Origin: Haliotis rufescens
Taxonomy: Eukaryota
DNA length: 64,000 nucleotides
Direction: 5' to 3'
NCBI RefSeq assembly: GCF_023055435.1
Contig: NW_025963890.1
Coordinates: forward strand, 78,244,001 to 78,308,000
Shown: positions 1 to 13,600 of the stretch, piece after piece
Position numbering within the stretch: position 1 is the stretch's first letter
Layout: every line of letters begins with the position of its first letter
Made by a program: the position numbers and the translations under genes
Notes under the pieces: generated by a model
What the model saw: the letters and a program-made list of their open reading frames with translations, nothing else
The model's database searches: none
What the model was told of the DNA's origin: nothing

Positions 1-3000
1 AAGTAACAATAGTGATGATACCAGGTAACCCACACGTAACAATAGCGTTGATACCAGGAAGCAACACGTAACAATAGTGTTGATACCAGGAAGCAACACG
101 TAACAATAGTGTTGATACCAGGTTCCCACACGTAACAATAGTGATGATACCAGGAACCCACACGTAACAATAGCGTTGATACCAGGAAGCAACACGTAAC
201 AATAGTGATGTTACCAGATACCCACACGTAACAATAGTGTTGATACCAGGAAGCCACACGTAACAATAGTGTTGATACCAGATACCCACAAGTAACAATA
301 GTGATGATACCAGGTAACCCACACGTAACAATAGCGTTGATACCAGGAAGCAACACGTAACAATAGTGTTGATACCAGGAAGCAACACGTAACAATAGTG
401 TTGATACCAGGTTCCCACACGTAACAATAGTGATGATACCAGGAACCCACACGTAACAATAGCGTTGATACCAGGTAACCCACATGAAACAATAGTGATG
501 ATACCAGGTACCCACACGTAACAATAGTGATGATACCACGTACCCACACGTAACAATAGTGTTGATACCAGGTAACCCACATGAAACAATAGTGATGATA
601 CCAGGAACCCACACGTAACAATAGCGTTGATACCAGGAAGCAACACGTAACAATAGTGATGTTACCAGATACCCACACGTAACAATAGTGATGTTACCAG
701 GTACCCACATGAAACAATAGTGATGATACCAGGTAACCCACACGTAACAATAGTGATGATACCAGGTACCCACACGTAACAATAGTGATGATACCAGGTA
801 CCCACACGTAACAATAGTGATGATACCAGGTTCCTGCATGTAACAATAGTGATGATACCAGGTACCCACACGTAACAATAGTGATGATACCAGGTACCCA
901 CACGTAACAATAGTGATGATACCAGGTACCAACACGTAACAATAGCGTTGATACCAGGAAGCAACACGTAACAATAGTGATGTTACCAGATACCCACACG
1001 TAACAATAGTGATGTTACCAGGTACCCACATGAAACAATAGTGATGATACCAGGTACCCACACGTAACAATAGTGATGTTACCAGGTACCCACATGAAAC
1101 AATAGTGATGATACCAGGTACCCACACGTAACAATAGTGATGATACCAGGTTCCTGCATGTAACAATAGTGATGATACCAGGTACCCACACGTAACAATA
1201 GTGATGATACCAGGTACCCACACGTAACAATAGTGATGATACCAGGTACCCACACGTAACAATAGTGATGAAACCAGGTCCTCAAACGTAACAATAGTGA
1301 TGATACCAGGTTCCCACACGTAACAATAGTGATGATACCAGGTTCCTGCATGTAACAATAGTGATGATACCAGGTACCCACACGTAACAATAGTGATGAT
1401 ACCAGGTACCCACACGTAACAATAGTGATGATACCAGGTACCCACACGTAACAATAGTGATGAAACCAGGTCCTCAAACGTAACAATAGTGATGATACCA
1501 GGTACCCACACGTAACAATAGTGATGTTACCAGGTACCCACACGTAACAATAGTGATGATACCAGGTACCCACACGTAACAATAGTGATGATACCAGGTT
1601 CCTGCATGTAACAATAGTGATGATACCAGGTACCCACACGTAACAATAGTGATGATACCAGGTACCCACACGTAACAATAGTGATGATACCAGGTACCCA
1701 CACGTAACAATAGTGATGAAACCAGGTCCTCAAACGTAACAATAGTGATGATACCAGGTTCCCACACGTAACAATAGTGATGATACCAGATACCCACACG
1801 TAACAATAGCGTTGATACCAGGTCCCCACAAGTAACAATAGTGTTGATACCAGATTCCCACACGTAACAATACTGATGATACCAGGTACCCACACGTGAA
1901 AATAGTGATGAAACCAGCTTCCCACATGTGACAATAGTGATGATACCAGGTCCCGAAACGTAACAATAGTGATGATACCAGGTTCCTGCACGTAACAGTA
2001 GTGATGATACCAGCTTCCCACACGTGACAATAGTGATGATACCAGGTCCCGAAACGTAACAATAGTGATGATACCAGGTTCCTGCACGTAACAATAGTGA
2101 TGATACCAGGTACCCACACGTAACAATAGTGATGATACCAGGTACCCACACGTAACAATAGTGATGATACCAGGTACCCACACGTAACAATAGTGATGAA
2201 ACCAGGTCCTCAAACGTAACAATAGTGATGATACCAGGTAACCCACACGTAACAATAGTGATGTTACCAGGTACCCACATGAAACAATAGTGATGATACC
2301 AGGTACCCACACGTAACAATAGTGATGATACCAGGTAACCCACACGTAACAATAGTGATGATACCAGGTACCCACACGTAACAAAAGTGTTGATACCAGG
2401 TCCCCACAAGTAACAATAGTGATGAAACAAGGTCCTCAAACGTAACAATAGTGATGATACCAGGTAACCCACACGTAACAATAGTGATGATACCAGCTTC
2501 CCACACGTAACAATAGTGATGATACCAGATACCCACACGTAACAATAGTGATGATACCAGGTACCAACACGTAACAATAGTGATGATACCAGGAAGCAAC
2601 ACGTAACAATAGTGATGATACCAGGTACCCACACGTAACAATAGTGATGAAACCAGGTCCTCAAACGTAACAATAGTGATGATACCAGGTAACCCACACG
2701 TAACAATAGTGATGATACCAGGTACCCACACGTGAAAATAGTGATGAAACCAGCTTCCCACATGTGACAATAGTGATGATACCAGGTCCCGAAACGTAAC
2801 AATAGTGATGATACCAGGTTCCTGCACGTAACAATAGTGATGATACCAGGTCCCGAAACGTAACAAAAGTGTTGATACCAGGTCCCCACAAGTAACAATA
2901 GTGTTGATACCAGATTCCCACACGTAACAATACTGATGATACCAGGTACCCACACGTGAAAATAGTGATGAAACCAGCTTCCCACATGTGACAATAGTGA

Positions 3001-3220
3001 TGATACCAGGTCCCGAAACGTAACAATAGTGATGATACCAGGTTCCTGCACGTAACAGTAGTGATGATACCAGCTTCCCACACGTGACAATAGTGATGAT
3101 ACCAGGTCCCGAAACGTAACAATAGTGATGATACCAGGTTCCTGCACGTAACAATAGTGATGATACCAGGTACCCACACGTAACAATAGTGATGATACCA
3201 GGTTCCCACACGTAACAATA
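1..3220. repeat. Minisatellite array, 32(-33)-bp unit CACACGTAACAATAGTGATGATACCAGGTACC, ~100 copies, with higher-order block duplications; runs off the left edge
   Basis: Unit read directly; variant blocks recur (e.g. ~1810-2130 is repeated at ~2870-3190). Explains all overlapping 'ORFs' 211-3227. Confidence 0.97.
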
Positions 3221-3389
3221 CACACAAGTTTATGGTAAATCTAAATCAGTCAGCTCAGTTGACACTAGTTCAAGAGCCAAGTGTAACTTTGCACATCTGT
3301 GCATGGTGTGCAAAAAAGAAACATCCATCCAGGATTCGCCGTGTGCATGGAAAACCCCAAAACTTTGTCATAGCAATCAGATAAAGGCA

Positions 3390-3640
3390 GCCGTCTGAGA
3401 ACAAGAAAGTTACGTTGAAATATGATATCCAGGCTGTGCACACAGTGTTCAACAGGCTTACTTGAAAGTCTTCAAGGGTAATGGTGTTGGTAAGATTATT
3501 CATCATGCAGTGCCTCAAAATAAACCTGCTTAATAAGCGTTCGCATACTCCAGGGTATATGAACTCAGTTGCAGACAGCTTATCGAGATCACAAATTCAG
3601 AGGTTCCAGGAATTGGTAACAGACGACGAAAACGGCGCCT
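3390..3640 (+). mobile_element. Degenerate DIRS/Ngaro-type retrotransposon RNase H fragment
   Basis: Translation ...KSSRVMVLVRLFIMQCLKINLLNKRSHTPGYMNSVADSLSRSQIQRFQEL resembles the DIRS-type RNase H C-terminus (HxPGxxNxxADxLSR); stop codon upstream. Confidence 0.6.
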
Positions 3641-5266
3641 TTCTGATTCAGCAGCACTGCTGGAGGCTATGGAAGATGAAGTTCCTTGGTTACTACATTC
3701 TTCACTGGCGGTATTATATATATGCATTTTGTCGAAGTAAATCATCCTAAGATATCTGCCCTATATACTGGAACTATTCCATCACTTTCCATGTGTTGTG
3801 AAATGTTCAGTGTGGAATTGTCTGACCTTTGGCAAGTCTATATGTGTCATACCCAAGACGAATATATCCGATATACGACTCCAACTGAAACCATATCAAG
3901 GTGGGGTGTTGGGGAGAAGGTGACCCAACATTCCATGTCCACATACACTGCTGCTTTGAGAGATCGGATCACCATGTAGGTGAACATAGTGTAAGAAGTT
4001 GTATCACAGGGAAAGATATCATGTTCGTTTATAAGTAGTTTTATGCCTCCAGAGTGGATGACAAAACAATCAGGTTAAACATCATGCGTACATAAGACTG
4101 TTATCTTCGATTTCAGGTGTTTGACATTGAAACAAATATTCCTTAAAAGAAAACAAACTGGATTTTTTATTGAGATAATCAGGTTTTTTTGTGCATAAAA
4201 TTGAAATAAATGCTACACTGATGGTATTTAATATAGAATGATACTGTTCATCTGCATTTTGGGGTTGTTATTCATATATTCTTGCGATAACTGGGGTTGT
4301 ACGTGCTTAGGTCATGGTTAATATTTCCCATTATGTCAATTTTCTAAAGGTTCCATTTATCTGAAAAGTTTTTCAGGAAAACTGGAATAATGGCAAATGG
4401 AAAAAGATGCTCTTTCCCAGATTCCAACCTTCAAAAATAATAACATTTTAGGAGATTCCCACTCCCATTCTTTGGTGACATTCGATGAATTGGGTAGAGC
4501 AGTTGCTGTTCAGGATTTTCTGTCAGAACATACCTAGATGATGATACCTGGTTGGTGCTGTCGATTATATTTATTTAGTTGTTGTATTTGTTGAAAATCA
4601 CGCAATAAAAAGGTTGATTTCCCAAACGAAACAGCACAGGATACTGATAAAACATGCTTAGCTTTGTCGTTCAGACAGAATAAAAAATGTGATTGCTCGA
4701 TCAATTCAATTGAATTCAATTCGAGTCCATTCAGTGCCAAGAACTTGTGAAATAACGCCTAACCTCTCACAAGTACATTCATCCGAATGAATTAAGACAT
4801 GTTATCAGACGGCTTTTCAAACTGGTTTCACACCGGTCCATTTATTGTTTCCGGATACCCACACCCTTTGTCAATTAATATATATAAATAGGAAATATGT
4901 TGCCATTTTCCTCGCACAGACACTTTCTACCTGTTTTTTTAATAAATCCTCAAAGCTGTTTGTGGAACATTTGTCAGTTTAAAAAAGTGAACATAGCAAT
5001 GACCTCATGTCTATTTTTAGTTCTAGGTCTAAAAGCGCTGTGTCGACACAATAGCACTGAGGCGGTGCTTTGAGGCATTTACAGTCTACTACACGTGTGG
5101 CAATGGATTCCTAATCACATCGATGAGACAGTGAGCCTGGGCGTGCATTGATGATCGTGATGCCTGCATTTTATGTGCAATGCAATATGTTAGCAAGAAG
5201 TGCTTGTACACAGTACACAAAACTCTCAACAAACCTGCATTGTGGACTCTTTAGTTATGTCTCCCT

Positions 5267-5746
5267 CAATCTCATTAAAATCAGATCTGAGTTCTCGCTT
5301 TGCTAAACAAAGATCTGAAGACATCCAAATAAGGGTCACGTCAGAACGACCCTTCATCCAACCAATCAGAGCGTCGCTTACCAGATCATGAAAGTGACAG
5401 TCGGACCAAGAAATATTTAACATGGGGTATTCCGAACGACAGTTACGGGTTTTATGATTAAATCCATATAATCCAGGCCATCTATAAAACAGAATGTTCT
5501 CATCAGCTTTATTTCTTTAAAATCGAGAATACGTCAAAATATGTTTCGAAGCATAGTCGCCAGTTTGAAACTAGTGTCATAAAGCTCGAGAAAGCTGCCT
5601 TCTGATTGCCTAATGTCAATTTCTTGTCAGTCATTTCACTGGTCGGTCAAAATTCGCGAAAGGTCGTTCTGACGTGACCCTAATGGGATGTCCTCAGATC
5701 TTTGTTTAGCAGCAGCGAAAACTAAGATCTGATTTCAATGAGATTG
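5267..5746. mobile_element. MITE with ~85-bp imperfect TIRs and 9-bp TSD (Mutator-like)
   Basis: Left end CAATCTCATTAAAATCAGATCT...GGGTCACGTCAGAACGACCT is the reverse complement of right end AGGTCGTTCTGACGTGACCC...AGATCTGATTTCAATGAGATTG; TGTCTCCCT at 5258-5266 and 5747-5755. Confidence 0.85.
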
Positions 5747-8023
5747 TGTCTCCCTATTCAGAACATGTCTGTTTCATCATGCTCTGCAGAACTTTGATAC
5801 GGACCCTGTCAGGGCAAAGCGATAGATAGTGTTAAAGACATGACTTGCCAAAGCCAAAGACGCAGAGCCATTTCTGACATCGGATAATGTGTACAGAGAG
5901 TAGATCGGTTGCTATGTGGTGTAGTGTTCTAATATAATTTGTAACGCCCAAGTTGCGGATTCCTTTCTGACATAGGATAACGTGTATAGAGAGTAGACCG
6001 ACTTACTATGCTTATGTTATGCTAACAATGCTCAATACAGGTTCAAAAGGGGTGTAACCGGTTACAGTTACGGGGTTGTGGTTTTACAATTGGGTCACAT
6101 TGTCCTCATACAAACGGAGTAGAATCTAACATCAGGTAGAAAGTCAGTGCTGAACAAACGAAGTTCTGCCTATTGTAATTATATATAACCATTCGTATTC
6201 TTTTGTATTTGACGACTGGCAACGCTTTTAAGAAAAGATAATATAAGAAATCATTTCATAAAGATTTAAAACTTCAATGCCAGAAAACAACCAATCTCGA
6301 TTATCTGCCGAAACAGATTCCAGTCACCGTAAAAGGCAAAATAGTGATAACAACTATATAAATAGATCACTAAAAATCAGTGATGACACCATGTGCTCGG
6401 GAAAAGGGTAAGTTTATCAATCTTTCTCGGCAGCACAGCCACTCATACAATTGTCATAGAATATTCCTTCCGTACAACGTCCACCAGTAAAAATTGACCA
6501 GACAAACCAGTGATCCCTATCATGAGCAAAGAGCCACATTGTCGGTGCCCGACGCCACGTATTGTATAAATGCAATATATTTCTGCCATCTGGTGTTGCA
6601 TTAAAAATAAATATAGTAGATGAAATGTCTGGTACCTCTTTAACTATAAGTGAAACTGAACAGTGTCCTGCTACGAGTTCGAGAGGAAGACATTGCTTTG
6701 GAATAGAATATAGAAAAATACCTGCACAACGCCACTGAACAAATGAGCACTGTCAGAAAAACAAAAAAACGAAGAGCCCAGATGTATATGTATTATTAGT
6801 GTGGCTCTTCATACTTTATGAAGAACCGTTCCTTTTACATTGTTGAGCACCTACCTGCTCCAACGTCCAGCACACAGACACAGATCCACAGCAGGACACC
6901 GACTGTGTGCCCCTCCATGACGAGTGAACATGTACACCAGGAAGTAGGTCGATGTGTCCTACAATGACGTTGTGTAATAGAATGTGTTTGAATAGTCTGC
7001 ATTGGGTTGTAAAGAGAAAGCAGGGGCTGGCTGATATCTAAAAAATGAAAATGTTGTACATAAATTCATAGCAATTTTGCTCATATTTACTTTACAACTG
7101 AAACACCCTGCCATCATATGTTACCAGTTAGAGTCGTATATCGGATATATTCGTCTTGGGCATTATTTAATCCTTTGAAATGCGTAGAAATTTCACATGT
7201 CTCGTCCTCGGGACATAATGTCACAGATCAGTGACGTTATTTCCTTTGGGAAAGACAAACTTTAATAAACCGTAACAGTTTCGAGTTGGTAATTATCTTT
7301 CTTACCCATAATCACATTCAGTGCAAACGTCTCCAGATATTATTCCAATCCACCTTCAATATTTCTGACGTATCTCTTCACAAAAAGCGGCCTTTTCACG
7401 AAACATCGGACTGACAAAAGGAACTCTGGTGTGTCAGAACCAAGTTGGCCTACATCGCTCAGTTTCTTCCGGATTTCATCGAGGGACATTGGATCTGCTT
7501 TATTAATTTTCCTTTTCCTGGGGATTCGTTTTTGGATTTGATAATTTTGTGGAGTTTTGCAACTTCTGGTGAATCCTTCAACATGAGACCATAGTTACCT
7601 TTATTGATGGCCCTATCAATGCTTGATCAGAATCCTGTTATGTAATTCGGGTAATCATCAGCTTTCGCTCCAACTTTGGCAAGTAACGCCCCCTTGTCCG
7701 ACAGCATGGTTGAATTAGTCATGTGTGAGATTTGGGCCAGAGCGATGTAGAGACATAAGAGCTACAATTCAAGATCTGATCTGATACAAAAACTTATGTA
7801 TGTAAAAACAATATTATGATCTCATAAACATATTTTCCGAGAAGTCAGATAAGGTGACCAAAAATATAGAAATTTGTGCAACATTTATGAAATATTCTTA
7901 CAGATTTTAACTTTATCGTAGTTTTACACAACCGAGATACTTTGCATAATGTTTCTAATGTTGGGCTGTTAAATAGCAAATTCATTTTAAATATAATAAT
8001 ATATAATTTTAATATAAAATATA

Positions 8024-9222
8024 CTCTTTCAAAAAAGAAACTTGACATAGATGTAAATCCACCTCTCTTAAAATATCCCAAATCATTAAATAAAATGTGA
8101 TTAGAATTAATCAAACAGAAGGAAGATGTTTCCACAATTCACAGAAACACATCCAAACCACATTAATGTAGCGTTTGGGGATCAATTTTACATTTTACAA
8201 ACGCCACCGGCTGCAAACAATGTGCAGCACAGAATCCTGCATTTATGCATGCATGCTCCCCTGCTAAAGGGGTAAAAAAACAACATCAACGGGCGTTCAT
8301 ACAGACCTTATAACGTCAGTAGACGCGGTGACAGAATGCCAAGACGTAATACAGCTCAACGTCACAACGCCATTGGCAGATTGCAAGCTTGTGCAACTCA
8401 GACCAGACAATCTCCGCGTTATGGACCTGGTACAACAACACCAACAGAGTTGACGACAGACCATGGTCATGGAGACCAAGGGTGACAATACCAGCACAAG
8501 ATCGATACATCCGGCTGCGACACCTACAAGAACGCACTACGACAGCAACGTCTACACCCCCAATTGTGTGCAGCAGGTTGTCCCATTTGGCGGTGAGAGT
8601 GTCATGATATGGGCCGGAATTCATCATGTTAGTGGGATGTCTCTCGTGCATGTGGCAGATACATTGACAGCCGTGCGTTACAGAGACTCAATCCTACAGC
8701 GTTACGTTCTGCCTCACTTCAACGTTCATGGTGGGCAATTCCAGCAAGACAACACTCGACCGCATATAGCGCGTGTTTGTCACGACTTTCTACAGCGCAA
8801 CAACATCCAGACATTACCTTGGCCAGCCCGGTCACCAGATTTATCCCTGATTAAGCATCTGTGGGTCGAGTTGGATCGACGCGTTCATAGAAGGACAATT
8901 CCTACTACGCTTCTTGTGGCACTTCAGCATGAATGGCTGCACATGTTAATGTTGTTCACAACTTCATTGCATCTGTGGGTCGTCAGTGTCAAGCAGTAAT
9001 TGCTGCACGTGGTGGTCACAAGCTATACAAACATTTCCTGTACCCCTGTGACATTAAATCTATTGTGTGCGTGTGTCTGTCTGAGCGACAAGATTAATGT
9101 TTTGAACATTGTGTACATTGATCCTAACACGGTGTTTCAATTATGGTTTCTGAATCCCATTTTCAAAGACCGTTTTTATCTTCAATTTTGAAAGATGGTG
9201 TCAAGTTTCTTGTTTTGAAGAG
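8024..9222 (+). mobile_element. Tc1/mariner-family DNA transposon, internally deleted, degenerate transposase
   Basis: TIRs CTCTTTCAAAAAAGAAACTTGACA / TGTCAAGTTTCTTGTTTTGAAGAG flanked by TA; ORF 8463-8999 has GGxSVMIWAGI, FQQDNTRPH, WPARSPDLSLIKHLW (catalytic E lost). Confidence 0.88.
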
Positions 9223-10026
9223 TAAATGTTATGATTTGTCACGCTTAAAAAGCGTTACGGTTTCCGTATCGATATCTGTGTTGGTACAGTTTCGTTAGTC
9301 ATGAAGAAATGAATAGGAAAAGATATTGTCGGGATCCATAGCAAATTAGGACCAGGAGAGCTGAGTTACAATGGCCTAGTTGGAAGCATATCAGAGTCCC
9401 CTTTTCTTTGTGCGCATGTATGCCTCTCTGTCGTCTTTGACGTCATAGTGAAAACTCGAAGTTATAAGATGTTATGACACATGTAGTGGGTGAAGAAAAG
9501 TGGAGTAAGAATCCAGTCATTGGTTGACATCAATAAATACTCAACCAGAACATTGTGTGTGGCCTTCCTACCACCATACCCTGATGGTTTGTCTGGTCCA
9601 GTATAATAGAGAACACTACAGAGGGACTTCAGATACCATTCATCTTACAACGAGTTGTTATAAAACGTATCTTATGAGCGAAAAGTGAATTCTACCACAA
9701 TTGAATACTACACTGGAGCAACAGAGGAGATGCAGGTCTAAGACGTTTATAACAGTATGGCGTTGACAAACCAAAAGATATTTTCATGCCGAGCGCATGA
9801 TCATAGGTTTTAGCACGCCTAAGGGACGCAACTCTGCTCAGAGAACTGCAGCACCTTAGACGCCTGGGTCACCTGTGCCCTCTGCTGATATAGACGGGTA
9901 AACCCAGTGCTTCGACTCTGTATAATCACACCTAATACACAATCTGTAGTGAAGTCGTTAATATCTAATATGTAGTAGGCTGCTTATTCGTTGTTTAACG
10001 CCGCACTCGGCAAATTTCCAGTTATA

Positions 10027-10085
10027 GTAGTAGTAGTAGTAATAGTAGGAGGAGGAGTAGTAGGAGTAGTAGTAGGAGTAGTAGT
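10027..10085. repeat. (GTA)/(GGA) compound microsatellite
   Basis: Directly visible. Confidence 0.85.
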
Positions 10086-10239
10086 TTAAGAGATTTAAGT
10101 GACACTTCCTACAAGAATTAAAGAATTGAAAGCAAACAGAATTTATTCATGAAATTCCAGTAAACTGAGGTTATTATAAAGTATTCTCAATTATTCGAAG
10201 CTGTAGGCTCTCAGAGGTTTAACACAACTCCCACACTCG

Positions 10240-10547
10240 CTGCGGACATCACTGTTCTGGTAATCAACTGTAGGCTGTAACGTCTCATAATGTTCATTGT
10301 GGACCATGTCTAGCTAGATGCGGACATCACTGTTCTGGTAATTAACTGAAGGCTGCGACGTCTCATAATATTCCGTGTGAATCCTGTCCAGCTAGATGCG
10401 GACATCACTGTTCTGGTAGTCAACTGTAGACTTAACGTCTCATAATGTTCCGTGTGAATCCTGTCCAGCTAGATGCGGACATCACTGTTCTGATAGTCAA
10501 CTGTAGGCTGTAACGTCTCATAATGTTCCGTGTGGATCCTGTCCAGC
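10240..10547 (-). repeat. 78-bp tandem repeat (~4 units) derived from the last 25 codons + stop of receptor gene A; lies in 3'UTR
   Basis: Unit = reverse complement of ...GAC AGG ATC CAC ACG GAA CAT TAT GAG ACG TTA CAG CCT ACA GTT GAC TAT CAG AAC AGT GAT GTC CGC ATC TAG CTG; AATAAA on minus strand at 10142-10147. Confidence 0.9.
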
Positions 10548-10655
10548 TTGGTGTAGTCTTGATCAGGCAGGACATCATACGTGGGGAGTTCTGCAGGAGG
10601 GGCGGGGCTTGTCTCAGGTGTGCTAGAATTCTGTCTTGGTGTCTCCTTGTTCATC
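10469..10655 (-). CDS. Receptor A last coding exon: cytoplasmic tail with ITAM-like motif
   Basis: tttcag|G ATG AAC...; TYDVL, YTKL-x7-YETL, YQN; TAG at 10469-10471. Confidence 0.8.
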
Positions 10656-13600
10656 CTGAAATGAACATTTACAATAAAATCAAAATGCCCTTCGTAAACA
10701 CTTCTACAGAATCATGTACACATCAGTAAGTGTTCTGTGGGTTTGCACACGCGTGGCTACATTCGACATTTACCTTTCATTTGTGGAATCAGTATCAACT
10801 CGGATGCTTTTGTATTCCATCTACTAACGATCCCAAGGAGGTAATCTGAAAATTTTGGCCAAGGATCTTATTTCTGTAGCGCATAAGTTCTCTGGAATGA
10901 ACTCCCTCTATAAATTACACTTGAAAGTACTTCCAGCTAGTGAATGCTTCACAGTTGCTCCGATCACTATAATTACTATTATTGCTCCTCAAAATATCCT
11001 GCAACTGGAACTAAGCACAAAGTTCTTCTTTTTCATCATCATATAACATATATAACTACCACCTGCTCACCTGTTAACGCACCTGAAGTCTCCCTTCCTC
11101 CACAGACAGACCATGCCTTCAACCACGACCAAGACCACCAGCATAGTGAGAGACCCAATGATGCCAGCTACTGCTGGGGATATACTTGTGACTGAAGACA
11201 AACTGCTCACACCTATTAAGTAAAATGATTCCTATGCTAAAGAAACGTCTACGCCGGCATAAATTCTTATAAATAACTCCAATGCACTTGTGGTCAACAG
11301 GTAAATTCTGAGTGAACTGAAATGCTGATGTTGAATTGTGCTTAGGAGGTGTGTCATCAATAAAACACACTTGCTTGTTTTGAGGGTTTACAGGTTTTTT
11401 AAAACAAATATTTATCAACAATACACTTGGAACATTGATTTGTGAGATGAAAGACATTAATTTCACAATATCACCAAGAATTCAAAGGCAGATTATGATG
11501 TTTCTCCAAAAAGGATTTTCTTGTGTTCTTTCAACCCCAGAAATGAACCAAGTTCTATTCTGTCAAAACATTCGATTTGTTAGAGATGCCTTCAACTGTT
11601 CAATAGTCAAATTTCCCTTTATGTCGAGTATTATTCCAGCAGCTCCAGACTTTGGTGTTTTCATTTCAAAACTTTTGAGATACAATCGAGCATGCTCTTT
11701 TACCAAGATTTCAAAGAGCGTCAGGAGTTGTTACAACATTCAAGGCCTCAAGCTTTCAAAAAGTTTTATGGTAGACATGTAGAGGACATTTTCCAAATAT
11801 GACGCATCAGTGACAAAAATTATATCTGATGCAATTCGCTATTTGGACTTGTACTAATATTCCCGTGGTTTTTTTAGGTGAACAATTGACTTTCCTTTGC
11901 ATGTGTTTGTGACGGGTGCCACCTTTTTGCGAACACCTGGTATCATTACTATGTCATAGTGAGTCATAAACACATGCTTATGATATTCGGAATCGTACAA
12001 TCGATTCTGCTTTATGCAGAGATTTCAGAAAGGGATTTTTTTGCTTATTTACAAAGGATGAGAACTGACATTAGAGGTCAGACTTACCCATTTCCCTCGC
12101 TCGCTTGCGCGCACGCACGCACACACACAATGTTTATAGATATATATGTATTTAGTTTATGAATGCTTGTTGATTTTTGATATTTGATTCAATTTTACTT
12201 GTGTTATTTCAAACTTGTTCTTTAACATTACGTGAACAAAGATTAAAATTGACGCTTCGGTTAGACCATCAACACATCTGCAAATCGAGTGAGTGAGTGA
12301 GTATGGTTTTACGCCGCTTTTAGCAAAATTCCAGCAATATCACGTCGGGGGACACCAGAAATGGGCTTCACACATTGTACCTATGTCATGATTCGAACCC
12401 GGGTCTTTGGCGTGACGAGCGAACGCTTTAACCACTAGGCTACCCTACCGCCCCTCTGCAAATCGATAGATTCGCATATGAAATGCATGTAGTATCACAT
12501 ATACCGTTTATCACATACTTCGTGCGCAGTGTCCACCTTTAACATCTTGACATTACATACCACTCTGAGTACAATCCTCTCCTGTCCATCCTGACTGGCA
12601 CCCATCACTACACAAGCCTGTGTCCAGGGGACAGGAGCCCGACCCTCCCTCACACATCCGGGCACTGCAGTTGCCTGTACATCCGGCACAATACTCCACA
12701 TCTTGGACACAGCCTATTGGTATATTTAATAAACAGATATTAATAACAAGTCAAACGTACCACGTGCACAGAAAAAGGCAAAAAATGAGTTGAATTATAT
12801 TTTATTTAAGAATAACTTGATTCGAGGGGTAAGATGTGAGATGCGATGCGATGCGAAACATTGATCATCAATTGATGTGCCATGAGATTTAATCCGATCA
12901 TATTGTTTCCAAACAGAATATTTCCACATCTCTAACCTGTTGTGCAATCGACATCTTTCCATCCGGGACTACAGCCTCCTTTACACCATCCAGTCACGTG
13001 ATCACATACAGATTGTGGCGTGTCTCTACAATGTCTGACTGAGCAGCTTCTTGTGCAGTTCTCTCCATACGTATCGACGCATTCTTCGTAGAAATATACA
13101 TTGTTTACTGTGTCTGAATTTCAAATATATGTTGTTGTTTTTCAAATTGTTAAAACTATTTTACAGAATACATCTGTTCAAAATGCTGGTCTAGATACTA
13201 GATGTATCCTTACCCTGTGTGCAGTCCGGTGTTTGGTAGCCTGCCAGACATCCTCCTAAACATTCACCAGTTGCATGGTTACAGCTGGAGGTGTTGTCCT
13301 TACACATTCTGTCTGTGCATCGCTTGGAGCAGCGTCGTCCGTATTCTCCCGTGAGACATGCTGAAACAGGAGATACAGAGGATATGGCAATTTCCATAAA
13401 ACAAATAAATTGTGTAAAATACGTTTATAAAAGGTCCAATTCCACCATTGTTGAACATTACGACATAAGAATTCATCCAAATCCTTTTGTGAATGTAAGC
13501 TAATGTCCAAAAGAAAGTATACCAAGAGTTTGAAGACTATGAAAGAAAAACAAAAGCATGTTGAAAATCAATAAGTAAATATTTCATAAGAGTTGTGTTT

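Noticed and set aside
211-3227. Multiple long overlapping minus-strand ORFs
   Set aside because: All three frames give the same permuted peptide from the 32-bp unit; same for 25225-26472, 48253-49904, 58002-59662.
3738-3880. Inverted similarity to ~24050-24190 and ~7130-7160
   Set aside because: Looks like dispersed copies of an old repeat; no termini or coding signal to classify.
10390-10471. Programmed stop-codon readthrough (TAG-C) into repeated ITAM units in gene A
   Set aside because: First downstream unit has a 1-nt deletion after YETL that shifts the frame, so no conserved extension; long in-frame array is only in the pseudogene.
10773-11000. Possible extra exon between TM and tail exons (AG and GTAAAT present in both copies)
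   Set aside because: Stops in the required frame in both copies and an indel between them; TM exon splices in frame directly to the last exon.
12289-12454. tRNA gene
   Set aside because: tRNA-like head is followed by a shared body, microsatellite tail and TSD, multiple copies: SINE, not tRNA (same for 43790-43955).
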